Origin: Candidatus Allofournierella merdipullorum
Lineage (GTDB): Bacteria > Bacillota > Clostridia > Oscillospirales > Ruminococcaceae
DNA: 64,000 bases
Assembly (NCBI GenBank): GCA_019116345.1
Contig: DXBV01000063.1
Coordinates: forward strand, 17,574-81,573
Direction: 5' to 3'
Position numbers and translations under genes: made by a program
Notes under the pieces: generated by a model
Databases searched by the model: none
Told to the model about the DNA's origin: nothing
What the model saw: only the letters and a program-made list of their open reading frames with translations
Shown here: positions 51,414 to 60,008 of the stretch, piece by piece
Layout of the letters: each line of letters begins with the position of its first letter
Position numbering within the stretch: position 1 is the first letter of the stretch

Positions 51414-52663
51414 TTCGCCTCGCCTCCTTTCGCGTCCTGCGCTCCGTCGGGAGCATCCGGCGCGGGGGCCGGGGCGGCGGTCTCAGCCGGAGCCGCCTTG
51501 TGCTTTTTGCCGCGGCCGCTGAGCCACAGCTTGATGACCAACGAGAAGGCGCTGAGGTACACGATCACCGCGATGATGACGTCGGTGATGTACTCGTTGT
51601 AGGCCGTCAGGTTGGTCAGCTGCAGGCCAACGATGTCCAGCATGGACATGAAGCAGCCGGTGAAGATAACGCCGATGGGATTGCTTGCCGCCAGCAGGGC
51701 CACGGGGATGCCGTTGAAACCGGTGGCGGGCAGGCTCTGGTAGGTGGACCAGAAGAACTCGGTGTTGCCGGAGAGATAGTAGAGAGACGCGGCCGCACCG
51801 GACAGCGCGCCGGCGATGGCCATGCTCAAAACGATGTTGCGCTTGTCGCTGATGCCGGCGTAGCGGGCGGCATGGCGGTTGGCGCCGCAGGCCTTGAGCT
51901 CATAGCCCAGGGTGGTCTTGTTCATCAGAATGTAGACCAGAACGGCGATGACGATGGCCACGATGATGCCGCCGTTGACCTGAGAGTTGGGGAACAGCTT
52001 GTCCAGGCCGAGTTTGGCGGTCTGCACGCCGTTGTAGCTGGTCTTGTAAATGTAACCGCTCTTGGTGTTCTCCACCAGGTTGCGGTAGTTGCTGCCGTCG
52101 AACATCCAGGTGACCAGGTTGGCGGCGATCCAGTTGGTCATGATGCAGGCCAGCACCTCGTTGATGTTGAGGTAGGCTTTGACCAGGCCGGGGATGCAGC
52201 CCCAGAGTGCGCCGGCCAGCATGCCGCCCAAAAAGGCGATGACCCAAACCAGCGGGGCGGGCACCGTTTCGGTGGGGATGCCCAGCGCCAGCATCAGGGT
52301 GGCGGCGGTGCCCATCAGGTACTGGCCCGGGGCGCCGATGTTGAACAGGCCGGTCTTGAAGGCAACAGCCACCGACAGACCGGTGAGGATCAGCGGGGTG
52401 GCACGGAACAGCATGTTGCCCACGCTGGTGGAGTTAAAGCCGAAGGTCAGCTGACCGGCGGCGGTGCGGCCGGTGCTGAACAGGCCGCCGAACACCAGGC
52501 GGATGCCCTCCCAGGCGCCGGAAAGGCCCAGGTTCGGGTTATTCAGGCCCACCACCAGGATGATGACGCCGCCCACGGCCATGCCGATGAGAATGGAGAT
52601 CAGCGAGGCCAGCACCGACTTGGTGCCGCCCTTTTGCCACAGTTTGGAAAGTCCTCCGTTCAT
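51410..52663 (-). CDS. ABC transporter permease (NupP/YufP-like)
   Basis: 417-aa polytopic ORF overlapping the ATPase stop by 4 nt. Confidence 0.85.
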   Translation of the reverse strand: MNGGLSKLWQKGGTKSVLASLISILIGMAVGGVIILVVGLNNPNLGLSGAWEGIRLVFGGLFSTGRTAAGQLTFGFNSTSVGNMLFRATPLILTGLSVAVAFKTGLFNIGAPGQYLMGTAATLMLALGIPTETVPAPLVWVIAFLGGMLAGALWGCIPGLVKAYLNINEVLACIMTNWIAANLVTWMFDGSNYRNLVENTKSGYIYKTSYNGVQTAKLGLDKLFPNSQVNGGIIVAIVIAVLVYILMNKTTLGYELKACGANRHAARYAGISDKRNIVLSMAIAGALSGAAASLYYLSGNTEFFWSTYQSLPATGFNGIPVALLAASNPIGVIFTGCFMSMLDIVGLQLTNLTAYNEYITDVIIAVIVYLSAFSLVIKLWLSGRGKKHKAAPAETAAPAPAPDAPDGAQDAKGGEAK

Positions 52664-54204
52664 GCGCCCTCACCCTCCTTCTTTGCTCGTTTTGCGCCGG
52701 CCATGTAGAGGCCCAGCTCCTGCACGGTGGTGGTCTTGGGGTCAAGCTCGCCCACGATCTCGCCCTCGTACATCACCAGGATGCGGTCGGACAGGCTCAT
52801 CACCTCGTCCAGCTCCAGGCTGACCAGCAGCACCGCCTTGCCGGCGTCCCGCTGGGCCACCAGTTGGCCGTGGATGTACTCGATGGCGCCCACGTCCAGG
52901 CCGCGGGTGGGCTGCACCGCCACCACCAGAGATTTCTGGCGGTCCAGCTCGCGGGCGATGATGGCCTTCTGCTGGTTGCCGCCGGACATGCTGCGGGCGA
53001 TGGTCACGGGGCCCTGGCCGCTGCGCACGTCGTACTGGGCAATCAGCTTTTCGGCGTACTGGCGCACCGCGCCGTTGTCGATGAAGCCGAAATGCTCAAA
53101 GCGGGGCTCGAGGTAGGTCTGGAGCACCATGTTCTGCTCCAGGGTGAAATCCAGCACCAGGCCATGCTTGTGACGGTCCTCGGGGATGTGGCTCATGTCA
53201 CGGCCGCGGTGGCGGATGGAGGCGTGGGTGATGTCGTTGCCGCAGAGGGTGAGGTGGCCGCCGCTGGATTTCTCCAGGCCGGTGAGTCCGTGGATGAACT
53301 CGGTCTGGCCGTTGCCGTCGATGCCCGCGATGCAGACGATCTCGCCCGCGCGCACCTCAAAGCTCACGTCGTTCACGGCGTTGTGCTTGTGGCCGCCTTT
53401 GCCGGGCACGGAGAAGTGCTCCACCTTGAGCACCGTCTCGCCGGGGTGGGCGGGCTCTTTGACCACTTCCAGCTGCACGGGGCGGCCCACCATCATGTTG
53501 GAGAGGGACTGCTTGTCCGTGTCGGCGGTGTTCACGGTGCCGATGTATTTGCCCTTGCGCAGAACGGTGACCCGGTCGGCCACAGACATGATCTCATTGA
53601 GCTTGTGGGAGATGAACAGGATGCTCTTGCCCTCCTCGGCGAACACTTTCATGGTATTCATCAGCTCGTCGATCTCCTGCGGGGTGAGCACAGCGGTGGG
53701 CTCGTCGAAGATGAGGATCTCGTTGTCGCGGTAGAGCATCTTCAGGATCTCCACGCGCTGCTGCATGCCAACGGTGATGTCTTCCACCTTGGCGTCCAGA
53801 TCCACTTTCAGGCCGTACTTTTCGCTCAGGGCCTGCACCTTCGCCCGGGCTTCCTTTTTCTGCAAAAAGCCCATGCGGGTGGTCTCGGCGCCCAGGATGA
53901 TGTTGTCCAGCACGGTGAACACGTCGATCAGCTTGAAGTGCTGATGCACCATGCCGATGCCCAGGGCGGTCGCGTCGTTGGGATTGTTGATCTTCACCAC
54001 TTCGCCGTTCTTGCGGATCTCTCCCTTTTCCGGCTGGTACAGGCCGAACAGCACGCTCATCAGCGTGGATTTGCCCGCGCCGTTTTCGCCCAGCAGGGCA
54101 TGGATCTCGCCCCGCCGCAGCTGGAGGGTGATGTCGTCGTTGGCGATGATACCGGGGAACTCTTTGGTGATGTGCAACATCTCGATGATGTTCTCGGTTT
54201 GCAT
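52660..54204 (-). CDS. ABC transporter ATP-binding protein with duplicated ATPase domains (NupO/YufO-like)
   Basis: It has two Walker A sites (GENGAGKST, GIDGNGQTE), signature motifs (VGMQQRVEI, LSGGNQQK) and Walker B sites (LIFDEPT, LVVAVQPT). Confidence 0.92.
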   Translation of the reverse strand: MQTENIIEMLHITKEFPGIIANDDITLQLRRGEIHALLGENGAGKSTLMSVLFGLYQPEKGEIRKNGEVVKINNPNDATALGIGMVHQHFKLIDVFTVLDNIILGAETTRMGFLQKKEARAKVQALSEKYGLKVDLDAKVEDITVGMQQRVEILKMLYRDNEILIFDEPTAVLTPQEIDELMNTMKVFAEEGKSILFISHKLNEIMSVADRVTVLRKGKYIGTVNTADTDKQSLSNMMVGRPVQLEVVKEPAHPGETVLKVEHFSVPGKGGHKHNAVNDVSFEVRAGEIVCIAGIDGNGQTEFIHGLTGLEKSSGGHLTLCGNDITHASIRHRGRDMSHIPEDRHKHGLVLDFTLEQNMVLQTYLEPRFEHFGFIDNGAVRQYAEKLIAQYDVRSGQGPVTIARSMSGGNQQKAIIARELDRQKSLVVAVQPTRGLDVGAIEYIHGQLVAQRDAGKAVLLVSLELDEVMSLSDRILVMYEGEIVGELDPKTTTVQELGLYMAGAKRAKKEGEGA

Positions 54205-54315
54205 GATTTTGGTCCCGCCTCCTCCGCATAAAATGTGCGTTTGTAACAGTTTTTATTATACCGTACAGACGGGCAAAACACAAGAAAATTCCCGCCTTTC
54301 ACCGGTACAAAAAAA

Positions 54316-54344
54316 GGGGGGCGAAGGCATTGCCTTCGCCCCCC
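54316..54344 (-). terminator. Intra-operon hairpin/partial terminator after the binding-protein gene
   Basis: A 14-bp stem GGGGGGCGAAGGCA/TGCCTTCGCCCCCC is followed on the minus strand by T7 (54315-54309). Confidence 0.7.
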
Positions 54345-54367
54345 TTCGTTCACATCAAGAGAAACGA

Positions 54368-55579
54368 TCAGATGATGTTCAGGTTCAGGTTGGAGTACTC
54401 CTGCTCCAGGTTGTTGTAGTCGCTGTCGATGGTCAGCTCGCCGTTCAGGACCTTATCGTACATGGTGTTGTACTCATCCACGGTGAAGGTCTCAAAGCGC
54501 CAGGAGTCGGCAGCGGTGGGCAGGCCCACAGCATGCTCGGCAACGCCCAGGCTGGTGGCAGTGCCGCCGATCTCGGAGAAGGTGTCGTCGTAGACCTTGG
54601 CAACAGCCCACTGCACAGCGTCGGCCAGGCCCTTCATGGCGCTGGTCACAACGGCGTCGGACTGGCTGGACTGGTCCACGTCAACGCCGACCACATAGCC
54701 GTCGTTGGCAGAGGCAGCAGCAGCGATGGACTGGAACATGGAACCGCCGCAGGCGAAGATGATCTCGGTGCCGTTGGCGTACCAGCCGTTGGCCATGGTC
54801 TGCAGCTCAGGAGAAGCGGAGAAGTTAGCGCCGTACTCCCAGGAGTAGTTCACGTCAACGGTCTTGCCCAGCTCGGCAGCGGCAGCGTTGGCGCCCTGCA
54901 CGAAGCCGTAGCCGAAGCGGCAAACAGCGGGGTTGTTGCCGCCGCCGCCACCGGAGAAGCCCAGCTTCTCGAAGCCGTCCTTCACGACAGCGTAACCGGC
55001 GAAGTAACCGGCCTGCTCTTCCTGGAACGCGACAGCGGCCACGTTGGTCAGCACGGGGGCTTCAGGATTCTCGGGGTCCTCGGTGAGGGGATAACCGTCG
55101 ATGAAGACGAAGGGCACATCCGGGAACTCCATGGCGGCACGACGCAGAGCGCCCTCCTGCATGAAGCCGGCGCAAACGACCACCTTGGCGCCGCCCTCAA
55201 CAGCGGCCTTCATGGCGTCGTAACGGTCGTCGTCGGTAGCCTGGTCGCCGTTGGCGGGCTGGTAGTACTTGTAGCTCAGGCCGTTGGCGGCGGCGTACAG
55301 CTTAACGCCGTCGTAGGTGCCCTGGTTGAAGGACTTGTCCTTCAGCTGGCCCACATCGGTGATGAAGGCGATCTCGTAGGTGCCGTCGGCGCTGGTCATG
55401 TTGTCCTCGATGTCATCGGCGGACACAGCGTCGGTCTGCTCAGGCTCGCTGGCAGGGGTGGAGGCGGAGGTGGGCTCGCTGGCAGGAGTGGAAGCGGGGG
55501 TAGACGCAGGAGTACCACCGCAGGCAGCCAGAGACAGAGCCATCGCCGCAGCCATAACAAGAGCGATAAACTTCTTCAT
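54368..55579 (-). CDS. BMP-family (PnrA/TmpC/Med-like) nucleoside-binding lipoprotein
   Basis: The lipobox is MKKFIALVMAAAMALSLAACGG, followed by a Ser/Thr/Pro/Ala linker and then the BMP domain (IAFITDVGQLKDKSFNQG...). AAAAGGAGAG lies upstream. Confidence 0.9.
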   Translation of the reverse strand: MKKFIALVMAAAMALSLAACGGTPASTPASTPASEPTSASTPASEPEQTDAVSADDIEDNMTSADGTYEIAFITDVGQLKDKSFNQGTYDGVKLYAAANGLSYKYYQPANGDQATDDDRYDAMKAAVEGGAKVVVCAGFMQEGALRRAAMEFPDVPFVFIDGYPLTEDPENPEAPVLTNVAAVAFQEEQAGYFAGYAVVKDGFEKLGFSGGGGGNNPAVCRFGYGFVQGANAAAAELGKTVDVNYSWEYGANFSASPELQTMANGWYANGTEIIFACGGSMFQSIAAAASANDGYVVGVDVDQSSQSDAVVTSAMKGLADAVQWAVAKVYDDTFSEIGGTATSLGVAEHAVGLPTAADSWRFETFTVDEYNTMYDKVLNGELTIDSDYNNLEQEYSNLNLNII

Positions 55580-55689
55580 GTTTGACTCTCCTTTTTTCTT
55601 TGGCCGGCGGCATGCCGCGCTGCGATGCAGCCCGACGGGCCGGCCTTTTTGTGTGTGCCGGGCGCCCAGACGCCCGACCGCGCAATATA

Positions 55690-55718
55690 AGTATACAGCC
55701 CTCCGCCGCGGTTTTCAA
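55690..55718 (-). promoter_or_regulatory. Predicted promoter of the BMP/ABC operon
   Basis: Minus strand: TTGAAA (55718-55713), 17-nt spacer, TATACT (55695-55690). It is followed by a GC-rich leader of roughly 100 nt. Confidence 0.4.
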
Positions 55719-55802
55719 TCGTTTCGGGGCAAAACAGGCAGTTACAAAAAGTTACACGCGCCCTTTCAAGCCCGCTTATTCCGCGTTAAAACGGGCTTTC
55801 TC

Positions 55803-56213
55803 TCAGTTGAGATTGGCCGGCCCGAACCCAATGGGCAAAAGCTCGCCCAGGGTCATTTCCAGGTAGTCCTCCTCGCTTTTGGCCAGGATGACCTGCAGTT
55901 CGTCGCCGCCGAATTCATAGAGGAACTGACGGCAGACCCCGCAGGGGGAAGTGACCAGGGTGTTCACCTTGCCTTCGGCCGCGCCCACGATGGCGATGCG
56001 GCTGAACTCCCGCACGCCCTCGCTCACCGCCTTCACCAGGGCTGTGCGCTCGGCGCAGCAGGTGGGGGTGTAGGTGGCGCTCTCAATGTTGCAGCCGGTG
56101 AACACCCGGCCGTCCTTTGCCTCCAGCGCCGCGCCCACCTTGAAACGGGAATAGGGCGCATAGGCCTTCTCCCGGGCGGCGAAGGCAGCGCGGATAAGCT
56201 CCTGTTTGGTCAT
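55803..56213 (-). CDS. cdd: Cytidine deaminase
   Basis: Starts MTKQELI..., preceded by AGAAAGGAA (the track ORF starts at GTG 56231). The zinc motifs are CAERTAL and PCGVCRQ. Length is 136 aa. Confidence 0.92.
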   Translation of the reverse strand: MTKQELIRAAFAAREKAYAPYSRFKVGAALEAKDGRVFTGCNIESATYTPTCCAERTALVKAVSEGVREFSRIAIVGAAEGKVNTLVTSPCGVCRQFLYEFGGDELQVILAKSEEDYLEMTLGELLPIGFGPANLN

Positions 56214-56227
56214 GGCGTGTTCCTTTC

Positions 56228-56947
56228 TCACTCGGCGGCGCCCAGGGCGATCTTCATCATGTTTGTGAAGGTCGTCTGGCGCTGCTCGGGCGTGGTGATC
56301 TCCGGGCTGACGAAGCTGTCGGAGATGGTGAGGATGCAGGCGGCCTTTTTGCCCAGCACGGCGGCGTTGTGGAAGAGGGCGAAGCTCTCCATCTCCACGG
56401 CCACACAGCCCTTTTCATCCCGCAGGATCTCCCAGTAGGTGGGGTCTTTGCGGTCGTCGTGGCGGTAGAACACGTCGCTGGAATGGATGACGCCCTCCAC
56501 CAGGGGAATGCCCTGGGCGGCGGCGCTGGCGCGCAGGCGGTCGTTCAGCTCGGCGCTGGGCAGGATGGTGTCGCCCTCAAAGCCGGACATGGTCTTTGCA
56601 AAGCTGCTCTCGGAGTAGGCGGCGGTGGCCAGCACCACGTCGTAGAGCTTCGCCTTTTCGGTGTAGGAGCCGGCGGAGCCGATGCGGATGATGTTCTCCA
56701 CACCGTACTGGGCGTAGAGTTCGTGGGAGTAGATGCCGATGCTGGGCATGCCCATGCCGCTGCCCATCACGCTCACCTGTTTGCCCTGGTAGGTGCCGGT
56801 GTAGCCCAGCATGCCGCGCACGTCATTGAAAAGCACGGGGTCCTCCAGGAAGGTCTCGGCGATGAATTTCGCACGCAGGGGGTCGCCGGGCATCAGGACG
56901 GTCTTGGCGATCTGGCCTTTTTCGGCTTTGTTGTGGGGGGTAGACAT
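56228..56947 (-). CDS. deoD: Purine nucleoside phosphorylase DeoD type
   Basis: TPHNKAEKGQIAKTVLMPGDPLRAKFIAETFLEDPVLFNDVRGMLGYTGTYQGKQVSVMGSGMGMPS is almost collinear with E. coli DeoD as I remember it. Confidence 0.95.
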   Translation of the reverse strand: MSTPHNKAEKGQIAKTVLMPGDPLRAKFIAETFLEDPVLFNDVRGMLGYTGTYQGKQVSVMGSGMGMPSIGIYSHELYAQYGVENIIRIGSAGSYTEKAKLYDVVLATAAYSESSFAKTMSGFEGDTILPSAELNDRLRASAAAQGIPLVEGVIHSSDVFYRHDDRKDPTYWEILRDEKGCVAVEMESFALFHNAAVLGKKAACILTISDSFVSPEITTPEQRQTTFTNMMKIALGAAE

Positions 56948-56989
56948 AAGTGTTCTCTCCTTTTGAATGAAATTATGGAAAAGGGCTCA

Positions 56990-58978
56990 TCAGCCCTCGG
57001 GGCGCTCTTTTACGAGGCCGGTCTGATAGGCGGCCACCAGGCGCTTGAGGTCCTCCACGTCGGCGGCCAGCTTGCGGCCGTTGTCCGTGTCGCCCACCAG
57101 CACGCGGTTTTTGGTCGTTTCAAACACGTCCACGCTGGACACGATGTCCAGATTCTCGCTGATGGCCTTCTCCACCGTCTCAAAGGGCTGGTGGGCCCGC
57201 AGGGAAAGACCGTGGCTGTTGTAGACCAGAGTATAGCCTGCGATGCCGGTGCGCCGGTGATAGGCGCGGCAGAAGCCGCCGTCGATGCGGATCATCCGTC
57301 CGGCTCCCTTCACCGGGCTCTCCCCTTCCACCGTCCGCACCGGGACGTGGCCGTTGACGATATGGCTGCGGGTCTGGTCCAGCCCGAACTCCGCCAGAAT
57401 GGCCCGGTCCATGCGGGTGTCGTTGACATAGCGGTAATAGGGGTTGCTGGGCTCGGCGTGGGTGATCTTGTCCGCCACGAAGAGGCGCTCGAAGGTGGTC
57501 ATCTTGGCCCGGCCGTAAAGGGGCGACAGCCTGCCGCACCACAGATACCACAAAAAGTCGCAGCCGGTCTGCCAGGCCTCGCTGCCCTCGGGGGAAAAGT
57601 AGGCCCGCCGGGCCCGCTCGTCGCAGTAGTCCATCAGCGCCTTGCCGGCATAGCCGTGCTGCTCGAAGGTCTCCACCTGGAAGCCGCCCGACTCGGTGAG
57701 GGGCACCGCCCCGTGGAACATCAGATTTCCGTTCTCGATGTGGTACACGCCGCCCTTGGCGTAGAGAAAGCCCACATGGCGCTGCAGCCGCTCGCTGTCG
57801 GTGAAGCTGCGGCACAGCGAGGCCAGCACCTCCTCCTCGGCAGGGGTGAGGCGGGCGGGGTCCGCCGGGTCCACGGTGGGCAGGTCGTCGTCCTGCAAAG
57901 GATAGCGCCGGCCCTCCACGTCCACCGTGCCCGCCGCAAAGTCGATGCGGCGCAAAAAATCCCGGCCCTCCAGCTCAAAGTCCGGGTTGCGGTCGATGAC
58001 GGCGCACTCCAATTTGAACATGATGACGGCGATGGCCTTGTGCATCCGGGCCACCCTTGCCAGCTCGCTGCGGTGGTAGGGGCCGCGGCTCTCGTCCACC
58101 TGGGGATAGAAATGGTGGATGTCGCAGTCCCGGTAGGTGTTCTCGGCAAAGAGGGCCAGCGGGCGGGTGTTGATGCCGTAGCCGTCCTCCACCGCTTCCA
58201 GATTGTTGTAGGCCAGGGTGGTGCGCAGCACCGTGGCGATGCACACCGGGCTGCCCGCCGCCGCGCCCATCCAGACCACGTCGTGGTTGCCCCACTGGAT
58301 GTCCACCGAGTGGTGGGCCATCAGCTGCTCCATGATGAGGTCCGGCCGGGGGCCACGGTCATAAATATCGCCCAGAATATGCAGTTTGAACACTGCCAGC
58401 GTCTTGATGAGCTCGCACAGCGCCTCGATGAAGTCGTCCGCCCGGTCCACCGCCAGGATGCTGTTCAGGATCTCATTGTAGTAGAATTCCTTGTCGTGGT
58501 CCTCGAAGTGGGCGTGGAGCAGCTCGTCCAGAATGTAGGCGTAGTTTTTGGGCAGCCGCTTGCGCACGAAGCTGCGGGTGTGCTTGCTGGACACCACCCG
58601 GCAGACGTCGATGAGCCGGAACAGGGTCTGCCGGTACCAGGCGGGCAGGTCGGTCTGGCGGGCTTTCAGCTCGTCCAGCTTGCGGTTGGGATAGTAGATG
58701 AGGGTGGCGAACTCCGCCCGTTCGGCTTCGCTCACCTCTTCGCCCAGCACCCGGTCCACTTTTTCCTTGATGACGCCGGAGGCGTTGTTCATGATGTGGG
58801 TGAAGGCTTCGGCCTCGCCGTGGAGGTCGCTCATGAAATGCTCGGTGCCTTTGGGCAGCTTGAGAATGGCCTGCAGGTTGATGATCTCGCTGCAGGCGCT
58901 GGCGATGGAGGGGTACTCCCGCGCCAGCAGGGTGAGATATTTCAGGTCTTTGCGCAGCTTATCCGCCCCGGAGCGCAT
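56990..58978 (-). CDS. fbp: Fructose-1,6-bisphosphatase class 3
   Basis: Starts MRSGADKLRKDLKYLTLLAREYPSI... The blocks HFMSDLHGEAEAF, LHILGDIYDRGP and WGNHDVVWMG (metallophosphoesterase) are typical of Firmicutes class-3 FBPase. The track ORF starts at 59041. Confidence 0.92.
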   Translation of the reverse strand: MRSGADKLRKDLKYLTLLAREYPSIASACSEIINLQAILKLPKGTEHFMSDLHGEAEAFTHIMNNASGVIKEKVDRVLGEEVSEAERAEFATLIYYPNRKLDELKARQTDLPAWYRQTLFRLIDVCRVVSSKHTRSFVRKRLPKNYAYILDELLHAHFEDHDKEFYYNEILNSILAVDRADDFIEALCELIKTLAVFKLHILGDIYDRGPRPDLIMEQLMAHHSVDIQWGNHDVVWMGAAAGSPVCIATVLRTTLAYNNLEAVEDGYGINTRPLALFAENTYRDCDIHHFYPQVDESRGPYHRSELARVARMHKAIAVIMFKLECAVIDRNPDFELEGRDFLRRIDFAAGTVDVEGRRYPLQDDDLPTVDPADPARLTPAEEEVLASLCRSFTDSERLQRHVGFLYAKGGVYHIENGNLMFHGAVPLTESGGFQVETFEQHGYAGKALMDYCDERARRAYFSPEGSEAWQTGCDFLWYLWCGRLSPLYGRAKMTTFERLFVADKITHAEPSNPYYRYVNDTRMDRAILAEFGLDQTRSHIVNGHVPVRTVEGESPVKGAGRMIRIDGGFCRAYHRRTGIAGYTLVYNSHGLSLRAHQPFETVEKAISENLDIVSSVDVFETTKNRVLVGDTDNGRKLAADVEDLKRLVAAYQTGLVKERPEG

Positions 58979-59114
58979 GACATCCGTCCTTTCATTTGTC
59001 TTTTTGCGGGGAAAGATTGCACGATCAGCTTTCACGGCCATTATACCACACCGGGCAGGAAATATGGTACAATATTCACGGAAAATTTAAAACCCCCGCG
59101 AAAGGTCGTGTCCC

Positions 59115-60008
59115 ATGGTCATCCCCACCCACTGCGAACTGTGTCCCCGCCGCTGCGGCGCGGACCGCTCAAAACGCCCCGGGCGCTGCGGCGCTGGCGG
59201 GCAGCTGCGCGTTGCCCGTGCGGCCCTCCACTTCTGGGAGGAGCCCTGCATCAGCGGCGAAAAAGGCAGCGGCACGGTGTTCTTCACCGGCTGCTCCCTG
59301 GGCTGCTGCTACTGCCAGAACTATGCCATCAGCCAGCAGGGGCTGGGCAAGGACATCGACGAAGCGCGCCTTGCGGACATTTTCCTGGAATTGCAGGAAA
59401 AAGGCGCGGCCAACCTGAACCTCGTCACCGCCACCCAGTGGCTGCCCTGGGTGACCGCCGCCCTGGATTCCGCCCGCGCCCGGGGCCTGGCCCTGCCGGT
59501 GGTGTGGAACACCGGCGGCTACGAAACGCCGGAAACGGTGGCCGCTTTGAAGAACTATGTGGACGTATGGCTTTGCGACGTTAAGTATATTTCGGCAGAA
59601 ATCTCCAAAAAGTATTCTGACGCAGCAGATTACTTCACCGTTTGCGAAAAAGCGGTAAAGGCCATGCTGGAGCAGGCGGGGCCTCCGGTGTTCGATGACG
59701 ACGGCTACCTGCAAAAGGGGGTCATTCTGCGGCACCTGGCGCTGCCGGGCGCCCTGGCGGACAGCCGGGCGGTGCTGGACTGGATGGCCACCCTGCCAAA
59801 GGGCAGCTTCATCCCCAGCCTGATGAGCCAGTACACTCCTTTTTATAAGGCGAAGGAGATGAAACCGCTGGACCGGCGCATTTCCACCTGGGAGTACCGG
59901 CAGGTCATCGGCCGGGCGGTGGAGCTGGGTCTGACCGAGGGCTACATGCAGGAAAAGAGCAGCGCGAAGGAGGAGTACACGCCTCCCTTCGACCTGGAGG
60001 GCGTATGA
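59115..60008 (+). CDS. Radical SAM protein, PflX-like (PFL-activase-related, function unknown)
   Basis: 297 aa. It has an N-terminal Cys cluster CELCPRRCGADR...GRCG and the radical SAM motif CSLGCCYCQN. Confidence 0.8.
   Translation: MVIPTHCELCPRRCGADRSKRPGRCGAGGQLRVARAALHFWEEPCISGEKGSGTVFFTGCSLGCCYCQNYAISQQGLGKDIDEARLADIFLELQEKGAANLNLVTATQWLPWVTAALDSARARGLALPVVWNTGGYETPETVAALKNYVDVWLCDVKYISAEISKKYSDAADYFTVCEKAVKAMLEQAGPPVFDDDGYLQKGVILRHLALPGALADSRAVLDWMATLPKGSFIPSLMSQYTPFYKAKEMKPLDRRISTWEYRQVIGRAVELGLTEGYMQEKSSAKEEYTPPFDLEGV

Noticed and set aside
55596-55690. A riboswitch or plus-strand terminator in the GC-rich leader of the BMP/ABC nucleoside operon. The nested repeats GGCCGGC...GCCGGCC are followed by T5 on the plus strand.
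   Set aside because: No plus-strand gene ends here. On the mRNA (minus) strand there is no U-tract, and I find no match to purine, 2'-dG, preQ1 or PyrR-site consensus. It is probably just a structured leader, and I cannot support a specific call.
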